Source: a virus. Taken from it: DNA of 64,000 nucleotides. Shown one piece after another: positions 56,816 to 64,000 of the stretch. The translations under genes were made by a program, and so were the position numbers. The notes beneath the pieces are model-generated. The model did no database searches, was not told the DNA's origin, and saw nothing but the letters and a program-made list of their open reading frames with translations. The DNA lies in the IMG/VR virus record IMGVR_UViG_3300026484_000295, positions 32,001 through 96,000 of that record; one strand, 5' to 3'. Each line of letters opens with the position of its first letter. The first letter of the stretch is position 1.

Positions 56816-59800
56816 ATGGGTTTAATCGTTAAACACGCAGATGGGAGTGAATTCCTTAATATTGCGAATAAAACATATGATGATGTATCAACAAGTTTAA
56901 AATTACCAGGTAAAGGTGTTTTAAATTGGGGTGAGGCATATGTAAATAATTTTGTACACTTACTAGAAAATTTTGCTAGTTCAATTGAACCACAAAACCC
57001 ACAAGTTGGTCAATTATGGTATAATACGGGTTCAGGTGTTTTATCAGTTTATACAATAGGACAAGAATGGGAAATAATTAATAAAGATACGGATATTGAA
57101 GCTAAATTTGATGCTTTAGTTGCTGAATTACAAGAAAGTAATGCAGGGACTATACCTCCAACAGATGTATCTATTGGTACTACTTGGTTCGATACAAACG
57201 TAAACGTATTAAAAGTTTTTAATGGTACTGAATGGGTTTCATTTGGTTTCAATTCAATAGCATCTTTTATTCAACCTAGTGATAGCGAGGCGTCAGATTT
57301 ATGGTATGATAAGAATATTAATAATCTTAAAGTTTATGACGGTTCACAATTTCAAAGGTTAATTTCGACTATTGAAAGTACAAATCAACCAACTAATTCG
57401 CCTGTTGGTCAATTTTGGACAAATACTACAACAGGTCAAATATTTATATACAAACAAGAACCATCTACAGGTGAATATTATTGGCAAGAATTAGGAGCAG
57501 AAATTGTTACAGAAGGTGATGTTTTACCGACCGTTGCCAAAACTGGTGCATTACATATAACTCGTACATCTTTTTCAAATATCCTATATATTAATAAAGG
57601 TACTAAAACTTCTCCTGTATGGGTTGAAATTCCAGAATTTGGTGGCGCTATAAAATCCGTAAATGAGCCTGTTGATGCTAAAGATGGTATGTTTTGGTTA
57701 GATGGGAATGATGTATTAAAAATTAGAAAATCTGGAGTATGGACAGATATTGACCAAACTGCAATTTCATATATTTCCGAAACAATGCCAACAGATGCTA
57801 AAGATGGTATGATATGGTTCGATACTTCAACTGGTTCTATGAAAATTAAAGTTGGAAGTAATTGGGAAGCTGTACAAGATACAGGATTAATTGAATATGG
57901 TGTAGCCCCAATTTCACCAAAAGAAGGACAATTATGGTTCGATAATACAAGATCTGAACTAAAGATATTTAACGGCACTTCGTGGATAGTTGTTAATAAT
58001 TCAAGTACTATCGTAAGTTATCAAACCCCGTTAGATGCTACTACTGGGCAATTATGGTTAGATACTACAAGTTCAGAATTAAAAGTTATGAAAGATGGAA
58101 GATGGGCCGCTTTACCAGAAAATGCTAGAGCACATCTAACAATTCCTGCTAGTCCTAAAAATGGTGATATGGCTTATGTTAATAACGCATTAAAAATATA
58201 TGATGGTTCTGATTGGAAAGATATTAATATAAATATCGATAATAGTACAACAGGAGATAATGTATCAATTAATTATGATGAAATTTCACATGAAATAGTT
58301 ATAGTTTCAGATGGTATCTCAACAAGAGTGCCTCTAGCAGTTAGTAGAGACGTTATTGTTGAGAATGTGGGTATAACATCTGACGTTGTTGAAGTTATAC
58401 ACCCAGATATAAGTGAGGGCGAACGAAGAATTATTAATATACAGAAGGTTAATTTAAATAGATCTTTTTTCGTTTTTAGAAATGGTAGATTTACTGATAA
58501 TTATTATACAGACTCCCAGGATTTAATTCTTAATAATGCGGCTGGAGATGATGAAATCGATATTTTACAATTTAATGGCGATATTTCTATAAATTATATA
58601 GTTAAAAAATTTAAATCAACTATTAATGGCAATTTTACTATTGATAACTATACTAGAACATTAGAAGAACAAGAAGAATACGATATTATTAAAGCTGAAT
58701 ATGATGCTAAGCTAGTTGAATTAATCGCACAGTACGGCGATAATAGTTCTGAAAGTGATTTAACTGATGCTGATTGGACTATATTGGATGAAATCGAAAG
58801 TAGATTCCCTGTTAAAATATCAAATCAAATAGCAGATTTATCATTAGGGTCTATTATAGTATTTAAAGAGGGTATTTTTATACCCACAGACGATTTATCA
58901 ATCAATGAGTTAAATGAAAATAAAATTATTATTCCTAACACGAATGCAGGCGAAATTTATACAATCATACAATTGATTGCGGGTAATGACTATAAATCAT
59001 CATTCTTCAATCGAGAAAATTCTTTTACTATTGGATCAGTTGAAGATACAACAGAATCAGCTCTAAATGTTGCAGGTAAAATGATGACTGATATGCTTCA
59101 AGCTGCTTCAAAAAATACTGCTGGATATGGTGAAGTTGATGTAGATTATGTTTTTAACAATACTGAAAAAACTGTTACCTTCAGTTTGATGAATATTGAT
59201 ACAAACTATCATTTCTTTGTAACTAGAAATAATCTTTTTGTTTCACCAGTAAATTATACAGTAGATACAATTAATAACACATTAACAATGCATGCTAATT
59301 CTTTAGATGAAATACGATTTTTTCAATTCTATTTACCACATAATTATGTACCTATTGAATTTAATTACAAAGAAGCTTTAGCTGCAAATGAAGGATGGAT
59401 AACAATCGAATTAAGTCAAGATTTTGACTTAAATAGTCCTCTACTAGTATATAGAAATGGTATGCTACAAGAATCAGCAAACATCAATATTATTACTCAA
59501 GAAACACTTGTTGATGATAATGGCATTACATATACCGTTGATGGATTAAGAAAAGTACAAATTTTTGGAGATGCAGAAACAAATGATGAATCTGTATCTG
59601 GAGTACAAATAGGTGATATCGTAACTATTATGCAAGTTTCACAACCGGAATTTTATAATATTTATTTAGAAGAATTTGGTGCAACAGTTGATGGTTTTAA
59701 TATTTTTACCTTTAATGATATAGACAGCCAAAAAGATATCTTAGTATATAGAAATGGTATGAAATTAGATGATGTAAGTTTCTATATTAATGATGATGGC

Positions 59801-60811
59801 AAATTAGTAGTCTCAGATTGTAATGGACCAACAATCGATGAACTTAATATCGATCCTAATGCTAGAGGCGATACAATTATCGTTTATCAATTTTTTACTA
59901 AAGATGTAATAGCTGAAGATGATTTAACATTCACTAAGGAAATAATTACAGCTACAACAGATGGTTATGAATACTTCCAATTACAAAATACAGAATTTAT
60001 AGCGGATGAATTCCTTTTAGTATTTAAAAATGGTCAATTAATTACAAGAAAACAACCTGAATCTGAAGATACAAATCAAACTCAAATAAATACATATAAA
60101 GTGTTTGCTGAAAGAGTTTATAATAATACAGTCCCAGCCTTAGATATTAACGGTGATCCAATTTATGATAGTGAAGGTAACCCAGTATTAAATGTTGATC
60201 CTGAAGATTATACAGATATTATGGCATTCAGTTTAGATAATGTTGTAGCTGGTGAAGAGATAGTAATATATGAATTTAATAAAAAAGTTACTAACGTAAA
60301 TAATTTATCTAGCGAAAATCATTATGAAATTCTTCCTAAAAATAATATCCAGCGAATTTATACTTCTAAGTTTGACCAATTATCAAACTTAACAATGGTA
60401 TTTCAAGACGGTTTAATTATCGATAGAAAAGTAGATAGTAATGGTAATGATAATGCTAGAATCGATGGAATGTTTAGAATATTAGATCAATATGCAGTCG
60501 ATAACATTACAAAATCAATCATAGTTAATGATTGGAAAGTGGGTGGTAAATTAAGAATTCAACAATTTACAGCACAATCATCAGATATAAAAACAATCAC
60601 GTTAAGCGTAACAATATTAGCAGATGGAACATATGATGTATTTTTACCAAACAATGAATCATATACACCTAATGCTGGAGCAATTGAAGTGTATGTTGAT
60701 AGACAAATCCAATGGACTGGTGAAGATTATCAAGAAGTTGCTAATAATAGAATAATGTTTACCAGACAACTTATGAAAGATCAAGTTGTAAAAATGATTA
60801 TAAGAAAATAG
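56816..60811 (+). CDS. Long fibre/baseplate-associated virion protein
   Basis: LLENFA..P.NPQVGQLWY anchor, about 10 P..G..W.D repeats and multiple V(F/Y)(R/K)NG modules. Confidence 0.7.
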   Translation: MGLIVKHADGSEFLNIANKTYDDVSTSLKLPGKGVLNWGEAYVNNFVHLLENFASSIEPQNPQVGQLWYNTGSGVLSVYTIGQEWEIINKDTDIEAKFDALVAELQESNAGTIPPTDVSIGTTWFDTNVNVLKVFNGTEWVSFGFNSIASFIQPSDSEASDLWYDKNINNLKVYDGSQFQRLISTIESTNQPTNSPVGQFWTNTTTGQIFIYKQEPSTGEYYWQELGAEIVTEGDVLPTVAKTGALHITRTSFSNILYINKGTKTSPVWVEIPEFGGAIKSVNEPVDAKDGMFWLDGNDVLKIRKSGVWTDIDQTAISYISETMPTDAKDGMIWFDTSTGSMKIKVGSNWEAVQDTGLIEYGVAPISPKEGQLWFDNTRSELKIFNGTSWIVVNNSSTIVSYQTPLDATTGQLWLDTTSSELKVMKDGRWAALPENARAHLTIPASPKNGDMAYVNNALKIYDGSDWKDININIDNSTTGDNVSINYDEISHEIVIVSDGISTRVPLAVSRDVIVENVGITSDVVEVIHPDISEGERRIINIQKVNLNRSFFVFRNGRFTDNYYTDSQDLILNNAAGDDEIDILQFNGDISINYIVKKFKSTINGNFTIDNYTRTLEEQEEYDIIKAEYDAKLVELIAQYGDNSSESDLTDADWTILDEIESRFPVKISNQIADLSLGSIIVFKEGIFIPTDDLSINELNENKIIIPNTNAGEIYTIIQLIAGNDYKSSFFNRENSFTIGSVEDTTESALNVAGKMMTDMLQAASKNTAGYGEVDVDYVFNNTEKTVTFSLMNIDTNYHFFVTRNNLFVSPVNYTVDTINNTLTMHANSLDEIRFFQFYLPHNYVPIEFNYKEALAANEGWITIELSQDFDLNSPLLVYRNGMLQESANINIITQETLVDDNGITYTVDGLRKVQIFGDAETNDESVSGVQIGDIVTIMQVSQPEFYNIYLEEFGATVDGFNIFTFNDIDSQKDILVYRNGMKLDDVSFYINDDGKLVVSDCNGPTIDELNIDPNARGDTIIVYQFFTKDVIAEDDLTFTKEIITATTDGYEYFQLQNTEFIADEFLLVFKNGQLITRKQPESEDTNQTQINTYKVFAERVYNNTVPALDINGDPIYDSEGNPVLNVDPEDYTDIMAFSLDNVVAGEEIVIYEFNKKVTNVNNLSSENHYEILPKNNIQRIYTSKFDQLSNLTMVFQDGLIIDRKVDSNGNDNARIDGMFRILDQYAVDNITKSIIVNDWKVGGKLRIQQFTAQSSDIKTITLSVTILADGTYDVFLPNNESYTPNAGAIEVYVDRQIQWTGEDYQEVANNRIMFTRQLMKDQVVKMIIRK

Positions 60812-60864
60812 CTTTTTCTTATCACTCCTTTATATAAATAAATATATAAAGGAGGGCTTATTTC

Positions 60865-61527
60865 ATGAGTAAATATTTCAATAACACAGAGTCATTATCT
60901 ACACCTATTTCAGAAGTCTCAGAAGAAAACGACTCAATCATACCCACACATATTCAACAATTAGATGACAGCGGAAAATCTAATCTTCAATCAAAATTAA
61001 ATAGTACCTTTGATGATGAAATAAAGAGAGTTGCTTCTCAATCTGCAATTATAGATGATAGTATGGACGAACTCAAAAAAGTTACAGATTCATATACCGA
61101 AATTGAAAATGCTTTAAAAAAATTTAAACCATTAGAATTATTCGAACGTTTGAATCAAATAACATTTTTGATGATTGAAATGAGGAACAGATTGGATGCT
61201 ATTGAGAATCATTTGAAAATTGATGAAGAAAAACCACCAAAATCACCAATAGAACATTTTAATGAGTCTTCTTATAATAAAGATAATGATCTTATGAATC
61301 CAAAAGTTGTTAAAGAGCAATTAAATAATATACAGAGGGGAGGTATCCCAACCATACCCAATGAAAATTATATTGAAAATGGTGCAAATTTAGAAGAAAT
61401 GTTTCCTGGTAAACCAGATGAGGCATATCAAGCAGCATATAAAAGTTTAGCTGAAAATCAAGATAAATTAAATACTCAAACTACCTCAAAATCTCCAAAA
61501 GGAGGGATTCAAGGTATTAGATTCTAA
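60865..61527 (+). CDS. Hypothetical late protein
   Basis: TATAAATA at 60833-60840 and a GGAGG SD. Confidence 0.65.
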   Translation: MSKYFNNTESLSTPISEVSEENDSIIPTHIQQLDDSGKSNLQSKLNSTFDDEIKRVASQSAIIDDSMDELKKVTDSYTEIENALKKFKPLELFERLNQITFLMIEMRNRLDAIENHLKIDEEKPPKSPIEHFNESSYNKDNDLMNPKVVKEQLNNIQRGGIPTIPNENYIENGANLEEMFPGKPDEAYQAAYKSLAENQDKLNTQTTSKSPKGGIQGIRF

Positions 61528-61529
61528 AT

Positions 61530-62171
61530 TTACCACCCTTGGATTGTTTGTGAACCATCATTACCCCATGTTTTAGTCCACAAACTAGATGTAGAATTGT
61601 AACTCCAGCCTGTTGGATCTGGAGTTACTAATTTTTCCTTTTGTGAAAAACTTTCAGTATTACGAAATGACATAGGAAATACCATAATCTTATGACTGTT
61701 TAGATACGACTCCATCGTTTCTTCCATTTCATAATTAAGTGTTACTAAATAATCTATTTTTTTTAAAAAATCTTCCTTTTTATTTAAACTAGGATAAATA
61801 GATTTAATATTTAATTTTTCTTGTTTTAATTTTTTTATCTCATTAAATTCATCTCTAGTTGTTACGTAATGAAAATCTCTAGAAGGAAATAAGGGTATCA
61901 TATATTCTAATAAACGTTTATTAAATGGTAAAAAAGCAAATTGATCAGATATAGGACTATTAAATAAAACTGTCAATGTACGTTCTATTTCTCGTTTTAA
62001 TGCATATATCATTTCATCTGATAATTCTAAATCATCATCAGCAATAACTCCAATATTTAAATTATTAATTTGAATAGACTTCTTTGCAGGATTTATATCT
62101 TTATTTTTTTCTATATCTAAATTATCATCAGATCTACTGGTTATTTTATATATTAAATCTTTATAGTTCAT
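61530..62171 (-). CDS. Hypothetical late protein
   Basis: TATAAATA on the minus strand at 62191-62198. Confidence 0.6.
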   Translation of the reverse strand: MNYKDLIYKITSRSDDNLDIEKNKDINPAKKSIQINNLNIGVIADDDLELSDEMIYALKREIERTLTVLFNSPISDQFAFLPFNKRLLEYMIPLFPSRDFHYVTTRDEFNEIKKLKQEKLNIKSIYPSLNKKEDFLKKIDYLVTLNYEMEETMESYLNSHKIMVFPMSFRNTESFSQKEKLVTPDPTGWSYNSTSSLWTKTWGNDGSQTIQGW

Positions 62172-62273
62172 ATAGTAATCCTTTTTTCTTTATTTATACA
62201 TTGTCAATCTTTTTTTATAAAATATTTATTTTATTGAATAAATAAGATTAAATTAATTAGGAGTTTCGACATT

Positions 62274-62975
62274 ATGCAACTTAAAGAACTAAAAGCTATA
62301 TATGAAGCTAGAGATCAAAATGAAAATAGACTTTTTAAATATTGTTCATTTGAATGGATTTTAGATTTACTAAAAGACGGCCAAGTATATTCATATGATA
62401 AATCATTGAGAGATCAAAGAAAAGGTATTATTGATGGTAAAAACTGGATAGCATTAACAACTAAACGTAGTTCAACAATCAACCAATACTTAGAAGAATA
62501 TGGTACTATTGAAGTAACATTTGATAAGGAATTATTAAAGAAAAGTAACGAAATATTTACAGTTAGATATTCTACTGAATGGCTAGATAAAAGACCAAGT
62601 ATTTTATCATTTATAACAAAAGGCAAATATAAAAGTTCTAAAGATTATTTTAAAGAAAATTATAAAAATATAAATTGGAATAACACCGATAATTTTTCAT
62701 TAAAATTCTTTGATGATTATATGAATAATGGTATATTAGATATTGATTTGATTTTATCTGAAATGTCGGTTGCAGAAATTGAAGATTATATATATGATAC
62801 CAATTATATACCTTTTGAGAATTATATAAATTCTTTAGGAACCGAAGATGAATTAGTTATCGTTGACTCCCCTTTAACTTTAGTTAATGATGCAATTCTA
62901 CAAATTGTTGTTCCAAGACGTTATAAAGAAAAAATAAAAGAGTACGAAACAGAATATAAAATTCGATACGAATAA
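62274..62975 (+). CDS. Hypothetical protein
   Basis: 233-aa ORF with an AGGAG SD. Confidence 0.6.
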   Translation: MQLKELKAIYEARDQNENRLFKYCSFEWILDLLKDGQVYSYDKSLRDQRKGIIDGKNWIALTTKRSSTINQYLEEYGTIEVTFDKELLKKSNEIFTVRYSTEWLDKRPSILSFITKGKYKSSKDYFKENYKNINWNNTDNFSLKFFDDYMNNGILDIDLILSEMSVAEIEDYIYDTNYIPFENYINSLGTEDELVIVDSPLTLVNDAILQIVVPRRYKEKIKEYETEYKIRYE

Positions 62976-62978
62976 TTT

Positions 62979-63533
62979 TTAAATTACAGCTGATTTAACA
63001 CTTGAAAAATAATCAGTTGTGTTTTCATTAGAGGCCGTTGCTGCAGCACTAGTTAAAATATTGGTACTACTAGCCGTAGTACTTTGTCCTGTTGTTACGG
63101 AAACAACTCCGGCTCCAAGAGATGAACTGATTATAGCCTGACCACTTGAATCAGGCTCCATACCAAGTGCACCACCGATGGTATTTGTTGTTAGTCCTAT
63201 TCCATCACCTAATGTTGATGAAATGGTACCGATACCTGTATCCAATCCAGAACCTATAAATTTTCCTGCTTCCGCTATTGAAGGACCAGCTAAAGCCATA
63301 CCTAAATCAGCGATAGCATTTAACAAAGCATTATTGCCAGATCCACAAGGATCATTATTAACATCCCCAGAACCTTGTCCTCCTCCGGCACCACTAGGAC
63401 AAGGTTTTGCTCCTAACAGATTACGCATAGCAGAATCAGCCGTATTACCTAATATTCCAGTTATAGCTGAACTTGTTCCACTTGTCAATGATACTGATGC
63501 TAAGGGGGATAAAACATTGTCTGGATCAAACAT
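62979..63533 (-). CDS. Gly/Ser/Thr-rich putative virion protein
   Basis: Low-complexity ORF downstream of the tail-tube-like gene. Confidence 0.5.
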   Translation of the reverse strand: MFDPDNVLSPLASVSLTSGTSSAITGILGNTADSAMRNLLGAKPCPSGAGGGQGSGDVNNDPCGSGNNALLNAIADLGMALAGPSIAEAGKFIGSGLDTGIGTISSTLGDGIGLTTNTIGGALGMEPDSSGQAIISSSLGAGVVSVTTGQSTTASSTNILTSAAATASNENTTDYFSSVKSAVI

Positions 63534-63572
63534 AATTATTCCTTTTTATATTTATTTATCAATTATTTTGAT

Positions 63573-63998
63573 TTATATCCAAATAGGACTATTACCTTTT
63601 TTTAATACTCTAGGGGATGATCCCTGAATAACATTAAATTTTTCTACCTTAAATACAGCTTGTACAGTATATATAGTTTCATCACCTTCATCATCAGCCG
63701 CATCAAAATCAAAACTACTTAATACAGCATTTTCAAATTTATATTCTAAATGATTATTTGTTTCAACACTTAAATCATATATAGAAAATACAGGAATTAA
63801 TATCGAATCTCTTAAAAGAAAAGTACCAGTATTACCAACAGATTTATGATCCCATACATCACCAGTAAAATACGAATATAAAGTCGAAACTGTTTTATGA
63901 TCAACATCATCCCAAAATGTAACACTAACATCACCAATATTATATTTTACTGGGTATTGACGTTTAACATTAAATCGAATTTGTTCAATACTCTCTAT
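63573..63998 (-). CDS. Tail tube-like protein (gp19/gp48/gp54 fold), C-terminal part
   Basis: Open frame from the window end: RFNVKRQYPVKYNIGDVSVTFWDD...YKFENAVLSSFDF...VQAVFKVE. Confidence 0.6.
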   Translation of the reverse strand: MESIEQIRFNVKRQYPVKYNIGDVSVTFWDDVDHKTVSTLYSYFTGDVWDHKSVGNTGTFLLRDSILIPVFSIYDLSVETNNHLEYKFENAVLSSFDFDAADDEGDETIYTVQAVFKVEKFNVIQGSSPRVLKKGNSPIWI

Positions 63999-64000
63999 AT

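Noticed and set aside
964-63627. Numerous short antisense or nested ORFs in the track (e.g. 3057..3416, 15981..16277, 48359..48730, 57478..57978, 63178..63627)
   Set aside because: They are shadows of longer, better-supported genes on the opposite strand or in another frame.
1-64000. tRNA or rRNA genes
   Set aside because: No cloverleaf or T-loop signatures were recognised by eye in the intergenic gaps. tRNAscan-SE would be decisive.

Overview
AT-rich 64-kb segment of a large (probably jumbo) T4-like myophage. The host is most likely Campylobacterota, judged from the epsilonproteobacterial-type CheY, flagellin, dimeric dUTPase and NrdA. Replication and metabolism genes include dUTPase, FolE, a Cas4-like exonuclease, topoisomerase IA, an RNase H/5'-3' exonuclease, a DHH phosphoesterase, NrdA, NMN adenylyltransferase, a CCA-adding enzyme, DnaJ and two ClpP-family proteases. 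Virion genes include three tandem receptor-binding-protein/partner cassettes, giant fibres, a baseplate hub, a gp5-like spike and a tail-tube-like protein. Two promoter motifs recur: T4-type late TATAAATA and TGTAAAAT. Two systems stand out. (1) A phage-encoded motility module: a minimal flagellin with a sigma28-like promoter and two GGA-loop hairpins resembling CsrA sites, followed by FliS-like and FlaG-like genes, plus a CheY under a phage late promoter. (2) A protein trans-splicing system: the C-terminal halves of DNA polymerase B and topoisomerase II are separate genes, each beginning with a split-intein C fragment of opposite net charge. A free-standing 76-aa ORF looks like only the middle of an intein, suggesting a possible natural three-piece intein. 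All calls come from reading motifs by eye; no database searches were run.
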